Assembly (NCBI GenBank): GCA_963785305.1
Contig: CAWAUV010000008.1
Span: 832,001 to 896,000, forward strand
Length of the DNA stretch: 64,000 nucleotides
Reading direction: 5' to 3'
Source of the DNA: an uncultured Planctomycetaceae bacterium
GTDB lineage: Bacteria > Planctomycetota > Planctomycetia > Pirellulales > PALSA-1355
Shown: positions 30,518-41,283 of the stretch, piece after piece
Position numbering within the stretch: the stretch's first letter is position 1
How the letters are laid out: each line of letters starts with the position of its first letter
Program-made: the position numbers and the translations under genes
The notes under the pieces: model-generated
What the model was told of the DNA's origin: nothing
The model's database searches: none
The model's input: only the letters and a program-made list of their open reading frames with translations

Positions 30518-32952
30518 ATGGTTTTGACCAGCGGCGCCCACACGCACGACCTGCGAGTTTTGCTCGTGCCGCCCACGCGCCGCGATGGCGAAGTCACGCG
30601 GGGCCTGCTGGCCACGGTCGGCGTCGAATGCGAGATTTTCGCCGATCTCCGCGCCGCCACCGAAAGAATCTCCGCCGGCGCCGGCGCGCTGTTGCTCACC
30701 GAGAAGATCATCGGATCTTCGGGCGTCGACGACCTGCTCGCGGAGCTCGCTCGGCAAGAACCTTGGTCGGACTTGCCGATCGTGATGCTGCTGGGCGGCG
30801 GCGCGCCATCGCCGGCGATCAACGCGATTCTCTCCCGGCTGCGAAACATCACGCTGATCGAGCGCCCGGCCGCGACGCGGAGCGTCGTGAGCGCCGTGCA
30901 AACCGCGCTTCGCGGCGCAACCGGCAGTATCAGATTCGCGACCAAATCGAGGCGATCCGCGCGGCCGAACTTCGGATGCGCGATTTGCAGCAAGAGCTCG
31001 AGTTCGCCGTCAACGCGTCGGACCTCGGCATCTTTCATTGTCCGATGCCACTGGGCAAGATCGTGTGGAACGAGCGCTGCAAGGATCACTTCTGGCTCCC
31101 GCACGACGCCGACGTGGATATCGAGCTCTTCTATTCGCTCATCCATCCCCAAGATCGCGAGCGAACCCGCGCCGCGGTCGAAGCCTGTGTCCAGGGCGGG
31201 CAGCCTTACGACATCGAATACCGGGTCGTGTCGCCGACCGGCGAAATTCGCTGGCTTCGCGCCTCGGGCCACACCTATCGCGACTCGGCCGGGAGGCCGC
31301 GGCGTTTCGACGGAACCACGCTCGACATCACCGAGCGGAAGCGGGCGGAGGTCGAGCTTCGCGAGACGCGAGACCGTTTTCAGGCCATGGCCAACTCGAT
31401 TCCGCAGCTTGCCTGGATGGCGATGCCCGATGGCGGTATTTTCTGGTACAACCAGCGCTGGCACGACTACCGCGGCGCCGGGGGAAATCCCGACGACTGG
31501 GATTGGAGCCGGCTGCAAGATCCGGCCCACGCCCCGCGTGTCAATGAAAAATCGCGCGCCGCCTTGGCCAGCGGCGAGCCCTGGGAAGACACCTTTCCGC
31601 TCAAACGCCACGATGGCGAATATCGTTGGCACCTCTCGCGGGCCCTGCCGTTTCGCGATTCCGACGGGAACGTGCTGCTCTGGTTCGGCACGCACACCGA
31701 TGTAACCGAGGAACGCCGCCAAGCCGAAAATCGGCAACAACTGCTCGAAACCGAACAAGCCGCCCGCCGCGAGGCCGAGCGGGTGAGCCGCATGAAAGAC
31801 GAGTTCCTGGCCACGCTCAGCCACGAACTGCGCACCCCGCTCAATGCCATCTTCGGCTGGACCCAACTGCTCAAGCTCGGACCGATCGACGCCGAGACCG
31901 TCTCGCAGGCCGTGGCCGTGATCGATCGCAATGTTCGCGCGCAGACCCAACTCATCGATGATTTACTCGACATGAGCCGCGTGATTTCCGGCAAGGTGCG
32001 GCTCGATATCCAGACGATCGAGCTCGGGCAAGTGATCGACGCGGCGATCGAAGTCGTGCAGCCGGCGATCGCCGCGAAGCATATCCGATTCGAGAGAATG
32101 GTCGATCCCGAGCTCGGCGCCGTCAGCGGCGACGCCAGCCGGCTGCAACAGGTGCTTTGGAATCTATTGACCAACGCCGCGAAATTCACTCCCGAGGGCG
32201 GGCTGATCCGGCTCGTCGCCCAGCGCCGCCAGGGCCGCGCCGAAGTGGCGGTGTCCGATTCGGGCATTGGCATCGATCCCGATTTCTTGCCGCACATGTT
32301 CGAGCGTTTTCGGCAAGCCGACGCGTCGACCACCCGGCAACATGGTGGTCTGGGGCTCGGTCTTTCGATCGTCAAGAGCCTCGTCGAGCTGCATGGCGGC
32401 ACGATCGAAGCCGCGAGCGCGGGCCTCAATCAAGGCGCCACGTTTCGCATTCGCTTTCCGGTGCATCGCGCCGCGCTCGCCGAACAAGAATCCGCGCTGC
32501 CCCGGGCCGCGAACCCGGAGCCGCGAGTGCCGCGAGAGCTACCTCGACTCGATGGCGTGAAGGTGCTGATTATCGACGACGAGGCGGATGCGCGCGAGGT
32601 GGTCAAGCGCTTTCTGATCGACTGCCACGCGATTCCGGCCGTGGCGGCTTCGGCCGCCGAGGCCGAGAGTCTCGTCGAGTCGTTCGCTCCCGATGTGATC
32701 TTGAGCGATATCGGCATGCCGGGCCAAGACGGCTATGAATTCATTCGCAACGTCCGCCGCCGCGGTCTGCAAACTCCGGCGATCGCGCTCACGGCCTTCG
32801 CCCGCTCCGACGATCGCCTGCGGTCGTTCGAGGCCGGCTATCAAGCTCACCTGGCAAAGCCGGTCGAGCCCGCCCAGCTTCTCGCGACCGTGGCCCAATT
32901 GCACGCCGATCGCGCGCCACGCGATTCCCAGGCCACGGGCGGTCGTTCCTAG
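30518..32952 (+). CDS. Hybrid sensor kinase (REC-like, 2xPAS, HisKA, HATPase, REC; frameshift near 30915)
   Basis: FLATLSHELRTPL, NLLTNAAKFT, GGLGLGL, LSDIGMPGQDGY. Confidence 0.92.
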
Positions 32953-33265
32953 CAATTAAATTTCATGTGCGACCAAGCCACCGTCGGGGCACGTCTAGCC
33001 TCGTCTGCGGCTTCCGCTGGTCGCCCTCAGCAAGCTACCGCTGCCCGCGGACGAGGCTAAACGTGCCCCGACGGGCTGTTAATAGCATGCAAGTTGCTTT
33101 GTCGAAATGACTTACGGATCGCATTGCCAGGCAGGTCCGTATCGGAGTCAGTTGCCGCCTGAATCGGTGCATATCAATGAATTGGCGCCGGCCGCGGGAA
33201 GCGAACAGATGGGACAGGTCCTGCCGCCCACCCTCGGAGCCCCGCCGCTCGGATAGAATGCGTGG

Positions 33266-33757
33266 ATGCACGCGCCACATGATTCCACCGCCGGCGCCCG
33301 CGCCGCCGCGCAATTTCGCCCGTTGTCTCCACATGAGCGCTGGCGCGCTGGAATTCCCTTGATGATGATGGGCGCGCTTGGCGGCTCAACTGCGTGCGTT
33401 GTGCTCATTGGCGGAGCGCAGCGATTTGCCGGGAAGCCGTTTGACTCGTTGCCTTATGGCGCGAGATTTTTCGCCAACATCCTCTTGGCGTTGACTATGC
33501 TTGTCGGAATGTGGCTCGGGAATCGGGCGTTCCAACGCTTATCGAACGAACGACAAGTTCGGATATTTCGATTGGAAATTGCCCTGTTCGCTGGGACCGC
33601 CGGGCCGCTTTTCTTGATTGTTCCAGCGACTATCCTCGTCGGCGAGCACCAGGCGCCGATCGTTTTTTTCGCCGGGCTATTCCTCTTATCGCCGCCGATG
33701 TCGTACCTTGCTTGGCGATTTACCCGCGAGCGATTCGCGATCAAGCCGCCAGCCTGA
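33266..33757 (+). CDS. Hypothetical membrane protein (~4 TM)
   Basis: Four hydrophobic segments. Confidence 0.5.
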   Translation: MHAPHDSTAGARAAAQFRPLSPHERWRAGIPLMMMGALGGSTACVVLIGGAQRFAGKPFDSLPYGARFFANILLALTMLVGMWLGNRAFQRLSNERQVRIFRLEIALFAGTAGPLFLIVPATILVGEHQAPIVFFAGLFLLSPPMSYLAWRFTRERFAIKPPA

Positions 33758-33995
33758 ATCCGGCCCGCGCACGGATTTCAGGTCGCCACCGAACATTACC
33801 GCCCGGCGGCGATCGCGTTTGCCATTTGGGCCGGTTCTCTTAAAATGACGGGTTTGGCCAACCTGGGGCGATCTCGCGCCGAGCGGTCCCATGTGAACTA
33901 CAATTTCACGGACGGAGCGTTTCAGTCGCACCAACGCGCCCCGCCGCTTGAAAAAAATCGCCCCACGGTCCTCGATTTACAAGGATTCGCGCCGC

Positions 33996-35161
33996 ATGAA
34001 TATTTCGCATTCGCAAGATGGTCCCCAGCCCGCCGGCCCCACGCCGGTCGTTCTTTCCGGCGACCGGCCGGTTCGCATTATCTTGGAGCAGGGCCCGGCC
34101 CGCGGGCTCGCCCGATTTGGCCGCTGGTTCCTGGGCCTCGTGTTGGGACTGTCGCTGCTCATGAACTTCGAGACGATCGCCAAGCAGCAATCGCTCGATG
34201 GCGACGAGGAGGTCCGCGAAAAGTATCACTCGCTCGACAAAGACGCCGAGGACAAAGTCGCGATCATCGAGATCGAAGGCACGATCATGCACGGCGACGG
34301 CTTCATCAAGAAGCAAATCGATCGGGCTCGCAAGGATAAGAAGGTGAAGGCGATCGTGCTTCGCGTCGACTCGCCCGGAGGCACCGTGACCGGCAGCGAT
34401 TATATCTACCATCACCTCAAGGAGATGCTCGCCGAGCGCAAGATTCCCATGGTGGTGAGCATGGGCGGCATCGCGGCCAGCGGCGGCTACTATGTGTCGA
34501 TGGCCGCCGGCGACAAGGAGCATTCGATCTTCGCCGAGCCCACGACCTGGACCGGTTCGATCGGCGTGATCATTCCGCATTACGATGTCTCGAAGCTGCT
34601 CGAAAAATGGGACATCGCCGACGACTCGATTTCAAGCCATCCGCTCAAGCAAATGGGTAGCATCACGCATCAAGTGAGCAAGGAAGAACTGGAAAAGGAA
34701 CGCGAGATTCTCAAGGGGCTCGTCGACGATAGCTTCGCCCGCTTCAAGGAGATCGTGCTGGCCAGCCGACCGGCGCCTGCGGCAATCCCGAGTGGCAAGG
34801 CGAGGTGTTCACCGGCCGCATCTTCGCGGCCGATCAGGCCAAGGAACATGGACTCGTCGACGACCTGGGTTATATCGAAGACGCGATCGATCAGGCCGTC
34901 ACGCAAGCCGGGCTGAACAAATCGAAGACCCGAGCGGTGAAGTATGTCAAGAACGGAGGCATCTTCGACCAACTGATGCTCGGCTCCGAAAGCAAGTCGG
35001 CGCTCGGCGCCGCCGCGCTCGGTCAACAGGCCGCCGCCGGGCACGACGCTCGGCAAGTGGCGGCGGTCGGCGAGCTCGCGGCGATTCTCAATATTGCCAC
35101 GCCGCGGCCGTTTTATATCTGCTCGTGGTTGCCGGGAATCGGAGCGCTTCCGGGTTTCTGA
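33996..35161 (+). CDS. sppA: Signal peptide peptidase SppA (S49), frameshift near 34780
   Basis: LRVDSPGG, AASGGYY, TGSIGV, GLVDDLG. Confidence 0.9.
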
Positions 35162-35527
35162 TCACCCCCGCGACGTTGCTTGGCGAGGCTGCCGCGGCGG
35201 CGCGGTAAAACTCGCTCCCCGATAGTATTTGCCCCCTCACTCCCCCTCCCCAGTAAAGGGCGATGGGCGCCGCGCTCATGTTGCGCGGATTGAGAAAGCC
35301 ATCGCTGGAATGCCCAGGCTATCCCAGTCAACCCGTCTCTCCAGGGAACCGCATGTAGCGCGAAGGTGCGAAGTCCGCAGGGAATGGGTACCTGGGAGAA
35401 AGCCTGCCGAATGTTACGATTTCTCTGCAATTAGGGGTGGAAACGGTCGAATCGTAAGAAAGGCTTGAAACGGTTTTCCGCTCTGTGCCGTTTCCGCCAA
35501 GTCTTCGGTATCGATTGCAAAGGGGGG

Positions 35528-37329
35528 ATGGTCGTGAGATTCGCACGAATAATGGGAGTCGTCGCCATCGGTCTGGGGCCGTTGGCTGCCGCGGCAGGTG
35601 AATTGCGAACAGTCGCCGCGGTTCCGCAATCGCAACAGCTCGCCCCGGCCACGACGATCCTGACCGGAGCAGCTCCGCCCTCGGCAGTGCTTGCCTCGAC
35701 AGGCAAGGTGGCAAGCGCTACCGCGCCGATTGCTACAGCGCCGATCGCCGCCGCGCCGGCGAGCCTCACCCCGCCCGACGATGTGCAGGGAACCTTCATC
35801 ACCGACGCGCCCTCGGCCTCGCCCGGTGTTAACGCGACGCCAGCCGTCGCCCAGGCCCCGGCGCCACCGGCGCGTCCGACCTATCAGGCGCCGCTGGCGA
35901 TTGGCGCCATGCCGCCCGCCGCCGCCGGGGCGTATCCCAATGGTGGATACCCGATCGGTCCGGTCGACATGGGGTCCGCCCCCCCGGGCGGGCAGCCTTA
36001 TTCGTATTCCGCCGCGGCCGCGCAGCCCAATGCCCAAGGACCGATTTACGATCCTTCGCAAAACGAAAATGGCCAAGCTACCGCGGCCGACAACGGCGGC
36101 GCGCTCGACGGCGTCGATCCGAATCAGCGCGGCTTCGACGAAGGTCCTTATCCGAAGCTCGGGCGTCTCTGGAACATGTTCGGCGCCGGCGGCGGCCTCC
36201 AGGCCGACACCATGTTCGGGCAGCGATTCTTCGTGCGGGCCGAAGCCCTCAGCCTATGGACCCGCGGCAACCCGGTTCCGCGCTCTTGACCACGAGTCCG
36301 GCCGGCACGGCGCAAACCTCGGCCGGCGTGCTGGGGCAGCCGGGCACATTGACCTTGTTTGGCAATCAGACCCTCGACAACGGGGCCCGAGGCGCGGGCC
36401 GGCTGACACTCGGCTGGTGGTTCGACGACATGAAGCTTCGCGGCGTGGAGGGCCATTACTTGGCCTTTGGCCAGGGCGGCACGAACTATTCCAACGCGTC
36501 GTATTTCACGTCGGACCCCTCGGCCGCGATTCTGGCTCGGCCGTTCTATAATGTCGATCCGTCGCTGGCCCATGGCCGGCAAGACAGCTTGGTGCTGGCG
36601 TATCCGAATTTCGATCTCTTGGGCACGCCGGTCACCCTCAACGGCACATTCAATGTACACACGACGAGCTATTTGCAATCGGCCGGCGCTCTTTATCGCC
36701 GCATGTTGTGGATGAACTACTCGGAGGGATACCGCATCGATCTGGTCGGCGGCTATCGCTTCTTCCGCGTCGACGATAGCGTGAGCATCAGCGACTCGAC
36801 CAACACCAGCGGCGGCCTCTTGGCGCCGACCACGTTCACGGCCTTCGATCAATTCTCGGCTCGCAACCAGTTTCAGGGCGGCGAATTCGGCCTGAGCGGG
36901 CAATACTATTGGGGCCGGCTCTCGCTCGATGGACTCGCCAAACTCGCGCTCGGCAATGTGCATGAAACGGTGAACATCAACGGAAACAGCACCGTGAGCA
37001 CGCTAGGCTCCACCGTCACCACGGCCGGCGGCTTGCTCACTCAACCGTCGAACATCGGCTTCTATTCCCGCAACCGATTCGGTGTGCTGCCCGAGGCGCA
37101 GGTCAATCTTCGCTACGATCTCAATCCGCATGTGCGGCTGCTGTTCGGTTATACGTTCATGTACCTGAACCGTGCCCAGCACTCGGGCACTGCGATCGAC
37201 AACGCGGTGAACCCGACCCAAATCTCCGGCGGCACGCTCACCGGCGCCGCGCGGCCGGCCTTTACCTGGAACGACAGCCAGGGCTACTACGCCCAAGGCA
37301 TTTCAACAGGCGTCGAATACCGCTGGTAA
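35528..37329 (+). CDS. BBP7-like planctomycete outer-membrane beta-barrel (frameshift near 36280)
   Basis: Pro/Ala-rich N-terminus, ILARPFYNV, NQFQGGEFG, terminal GVEYRW. Confidence 0.8.
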
Positions 37330-37362
37330 TCGGCTCGCGAGCGCCCTTGGCCGCGCGGGAAA

Positions 37363-37400
37363 CCGCTCTCCCCTTGCCTTGGGAGACGGTAGGGTGAGGG
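37363..37400. repeat. REP-like palindrome (CTCTCCC…GGGAGA…GGGTGAGGG)
   Basis: Short hairpin after stop codon; degenerate inverse copy near 35232-35267. Confidence 0.5.
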
Positions 37401-38199
37401 AACATGCCCGCGGTAAACGAAACAGCCCGTTAGTTTGGGCCGGTTCGTTGTTTCAGCCGCCCGAAGCGTCTCGTGAAAACGGCGCGGTCTCGATCTTGGG
37501 CGCGCTCCGAGGAAGACGATCGGCAGCGCGCGAAAATGCGCCGCCAGCTTCCACGCATGGGTCGCGCTGATCGACCAAAGTTCCGCGAGCGCATTGCTCT
37601 CCCAAGGGAACCCTCGCGCACCGGGCGTTGGGCGCGGCGTGAGACGGGAGCGGCATCGACGCCAAATGGAACCCTTGCCGACTTTCTCTCCGGCGGGAGC
37701 ATGCGCTGGCCGCAGTTGTGGCTCCCGGGATCGCTGGCGCAAAAAAGCGGGAGAATCGGTCGGCCTTTCAAGCAAAAATCGCGGAATCGTTTTTTGCCTC
37801 GCCTTGACGAACCACTTCAGCCGAAGTAGATTTATAGGTGACAATAATGATCGTCATAGTGATCTTTAGTCGCTGGGACTGAGATCGCACCCTAAATGCG
37901 GCGCCTACCGGGACCAACGGAGGCCCGAAAATTCGCCCTGTTTATGAGTTTTGCCATGTTGCCATTCGCGGATGTTTCTAAGTTGTTTCGCGGACTTTTC
38001 CGTGCGGCGGTTACCTCGGTCCATGGAAACTGGGCAGTTCGCACGTTTTTATTTGGCGGAATCCGCTCTCGCTGTACCGGCAGTGTAGTACCCCGCTCCG
38101 AGCCCTCGCCTCCGGGCGCATGAAGCGGTTCGGAATGGGACGAAACGGCAACGGTGTCCACGGTTTTACGAATCCATCAATTCAGCGAGAAAACGAGCA

Positions 38200-38529
38200 A
38201 TGGAACGATTTCAACCTCATGACGATTTGTTCGCCGATCGGCGTTTAGAGCGGCGGATTGTGGTTTTCCTGGTAAACCAGGGCCGTGCTGATCTATGCAC
38301 GCTTCGCATTCGGGCTCGCGGTGGGGTCGTTCGCTTGCGCGGGCAAGTGGCGACGACCGCGGACCGGAATTACGTCGTGCAATGCGCTCGGCGGGTTGCC
38401 GGTGTCATCGATGTGGAAGACGACATCGAAGTGTCGCTTCTCCCGACGCGGTCCGCATGGGCCGCTACCCAGATTGGATTGCCGCGGCACTCGGCGCCGA
38501 TGCAACCATTGGTGGCGCGCACCGCCTAA
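38200..38529 (+). CDS. BON-domain protein
   Basis: GVVRLRGQV…ARRVAGVIDVEDDIEV. Confidence 0.8.
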   Translation: MERFQPHDDLFADRRLERRIVVFLVNQGRADLCTLRIRARGGVVRLRGQVATTADRNYVVQCARRVAGVIDVEDDIEVSLLPTRSAWAATQIGLPRHSAPMQPLVARTA

Positions 38530-38749
38530 TCACGGCTCGGGAATCGAACTGTCGGGACCTTCGGGACGAACAAGATCGTCCCGAAGGTCTCCGAGCAGCC
38601 TGTTGAAATACTCGACAGGCTGCTCGGAATGGACCAAGAATAACTTCTCGATGAACCTCGCTTCCCTTGGGAAAAAAGGGGTTGGGGCGGCGCAAACGAA
38701 GCAGGAAGTTGTTTTTCGTCCGTGCGGCTCGCTATCGGCCGGGCACGTG

Positions 38750-41047
38750 TCAGGCTGTCCAGTCGAAACTCGGGTCCGAGAGCGCGGCGTCGACCGACGC
38801 CGGACTCGAGAACACCGAGAGGCTGAGCGGCTTGACGGCGGCGGTCGATGAACTCGCCCCAGCCCCCGACCCCGCGCTCGGCGAGCCCACTGGGCCCGAC
38901 GAAGTGAGGTTCGCGGCGATCGTCGCGGCCGGAACACAGGTTGCGCCGCTCGACGACGCGCCGTTCGAGGCGGAGCTTCCCGCCGCGGCCGCGAAACTCG
39001 TCGCGGTTCCCGTGGTCGAAGTCGCGGCGGCCGGAGTGCTCGGTGAGACGGCGCCTTGCGAAGCCGAGCTTGTTTGGACCGATGGGCTCGACTGAGACTG
39101 GCTGCCGCTACTGGAGGTGTTCAGGTATCGGATAATGACGAGCGCGTCGTTGGGCGACACGGTGTTGTTGCCGCTCACGTCCAAGTATTCGCTGGTCGTG
39201 CTCGATCCGGTCGACAACGTCGCCAACGCGCCGGAATTCAAGTACTGAATCACGGCCAAGGCGTCGACCGGTCCCACGGCTCCGCCCTTGCCAACCACAT
39301 CCAGCGGGTTGGTCGGGTTGTGCCACGGCGTCGTCGCGCCGGTGGCGAGCAAACCGGCCAGCGTGGTCGTGCCGGCGGAGTCGGACACCGTGATTTCCGT
39401 GCCGGCGGTGATGCTGGTCGGAAAATTCGCGGGCAAGAGCGTTTGCGACGCGCTTTGCGGATGGCTTGAAAGCACGAGGCAACCGTTGCCGTTGGCGTCG
39501 GTCGTGAAGCTGCCGACCACGACGCTACCGATCGCCACGCTAAGCGTGTCGTTGGCCGCGGCGCCATGCACCTGCGCCACGAACATCGTGTTGGTCTGAT
39601 TGTTCTGCGCGGCCTGATTCAACTGCACGGCGCCGATTGCCGTGTCGCTCGTGTTGACCGTGTCGCTGAGCTGCGCGGTAAGCGTCGTGCCATTGGCGAC
39701 GGGCGTCGATCCGCTTGAGCCCGATCCAGTGGTCGGCGGCGGCGCGGCCTTGGCCAAGGCGCCTGAGAGCGTCGCGGCGCCGCTGGTGTCGGTCACGGAA
39801 ATCTCGGCGCCGGCGGCTAGGCTCGTGGGGAAGTTCGCCGGCAGGGCCGTTTGCGTGGCATTCGCCGGATTGCTCGAGAGGAACAAACAGCCGTTGCCCT
39901 TCGAGTCCGTGGTGATAGTTCCCACGACCGTTCCGGCGATCGAGACACTGAAGGTGTCGTCGGCCGTGGCGCCTTGAATCTGCACGACGAATGTCGTGAG
40001 AGTCGTCGTGCTGCTCGATGAACCCGCGGTCTTGCTCGGCACGGTAGTTTGATTGTACTGCACCAAGCCGATCGCCGTGCTGCTGGTGCTCGTGAGCTGG
40101 GCGGTGAGCATGGGGCCGGTGGGAACCGGCGGCGGGGGCGGGGCGGGCGGGGCCTTCGGCGACCCGAGCGAGCCGCCAAGCGTCGTGGAGCCGCTGGTGT
40201 CGGTGAGCGTGATCGAAGCGCCCGAGGCCACGGTCGTGGGGAAGTTGGCCGGCAGGGCCAATTGCGAGCCGGTCGGGCTGCTCGACACGACGAGCCCGCC
40301 GTTGCCGTTGGCGTCGGTGGTGAATGTGCCGATATCGACGCCGGCGAGTGTCACGGTGAAGGTATCATCGGGCGTGGCGCCATGCACCTGCACTCCGAAG
40401 GTCGTCATGGCCGTGCCATTGACCGTGCCTTGATTGTATTGAGCGCTGCCCGTGGCAGTGACGCTGGCGGTCGAGCCCGCGAGCTGCGCGGTCAGCACCG
40501 TGCCAGAGCCGCTCGAAACCGGTGGCGCTGGCGGCGGCGGGGCGGGCGGCGTGCCGGCGCCGACAGCGAGGGAGCCCGTGAGCGTGATCGCGCCGGTCGT
40601 GTCCGAAAGCGACACCGCGGTTCCGGCGGCGACCGTGGTTGGGAAATTGGCCGGCAATGCTGTTTGCGTGCCGGTGGGGCTGCTCGACAACACGAGGCCG
40701 CCATTGCCATTGTTGTCGGTGGTGAACTGGCCCACGTCGACGCCGCCGACGGTCACGGTGAAGGTGTCGTCGACCGAGGCGCCTTTCACTTGGACGCCAA
40801 AGGTCGTCGTCGCGACGCCATTGACCGTGCCTTGATTGAACTGCGCCCCGCCGGTGGCGGCGCCGCCCACGGCCGAGCTTGTGAGCGGAGTGGTGAGCGC
40901 GACGCCGGTGTTTTGGCCGGCGCCGGCCGCGGCGCTGGCGGCCACTGGCAGGGCGGCGAGCGCACCGCCGGACAATAGATCACGAGTTTCGAGAGATTCC
41001 ATTCGCGCGGATCGCGAAATCCGGTTCCGTAGTCGATTGTGTGCCAT
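38750..41047 (-). CDS. Exported protein with four ~115-aa beta-rich repeats and planctomycete dockerin
   Basis: MESLETRDLLS; 4x TTD.xGNG.L..SS.P…LPANFPT; WHNPTNPLDV…DALAVIQYLN…YLDVSGNNTVSPNDAL. Confidence 0.85.
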   Translation of the reverse strand: MAHNRLRNRISRSARMESLETRDLLSGGALAALPVAASAAAGAGQNTGVALTTPLTSSAVGGAATGGAQFNQGTVNGVATTTFGVQVKGASVDDTFTVTVGGVDVGQFTTDNNGNGGLVLSSSPTGTQTALPANFPTTVAAGTAVSLSDTTGAITLTGSLAVGAGTPPAPPPPAPPVSSGSGTVLTAQLAGSTASVTATGSAQYNQGTVNGTAMTTFGVQVHGATPDDTFTVTLAGVDIGTFTTDANGNGGLVVSSSPTGSQLALPANFPTTVASGASITLTDTSGSTTLGGSLGSPKAPPAPPPPPVPTGPMLTAQLTSTSSTAIGLVQYNQTTVPSKTAGSSSSTTTLTTFVVQIQGATADDTFSVSIAGTVVGTITTDSKGNGCLFLSSNPANATQTALPANFPTSLAAGAEISVTDTSGAATLSGALAKAAPPPTTGSGSSGSTPVANGTTLTAQLSDTVNTSDTAIGAVQLNQAAQNNQTNTMFVAQVHGAAANDTLSVAIGSVVVGSFTTDANGNGCLVLSSHPQSASQTLLPANFPTSITAGTEITVSDSAGTTTLAGLLATGATTPWHNPTNPLDVVGKGGAVGPVDALAVIQYLNSGALATLSTGSSTTSEYLDVSGNNTVSPNDALVIIRYLNTSSSGSQSQSSPSVQTSSASQGAVSPSTPAAATSTTGTATSFAAAAGSSASNGASSSGATCVPAATIAANLTSSGPVGSPSAGSGAGASSSTAAVKPLSLSVFSSPASVDAALSDPSFDWTA

Positions 41048-41283
41048 AAGTGCCTGCTCTCTCTGAATTTGCGACGAGATGTGCGAAGGGGAGTTGGCCT
41101 TGCGGGGTTCCTGGGTCCCGAATGGCCGTCAGGATAAAAAACGGAGGGCGGCTGTTCCAAGGACCGGCAACGGCCTCGTTTGGAGGAAAAAAACCGATGT
41201 TTCGCCCTCGGGCTCGAATTCCCCCTGATTTTGCCTATCCTAGGCGATGAACCCTTGGCGGCCCCGGGAAAAAAGGAACTTGC

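Noticed and set aside
37400..38190. ncRNA or riboswitch in the long intergenic region before the BON gene
   Set aside because: No recognisable conserved structure by eye; an Rfam/Infernal scan would be needed.
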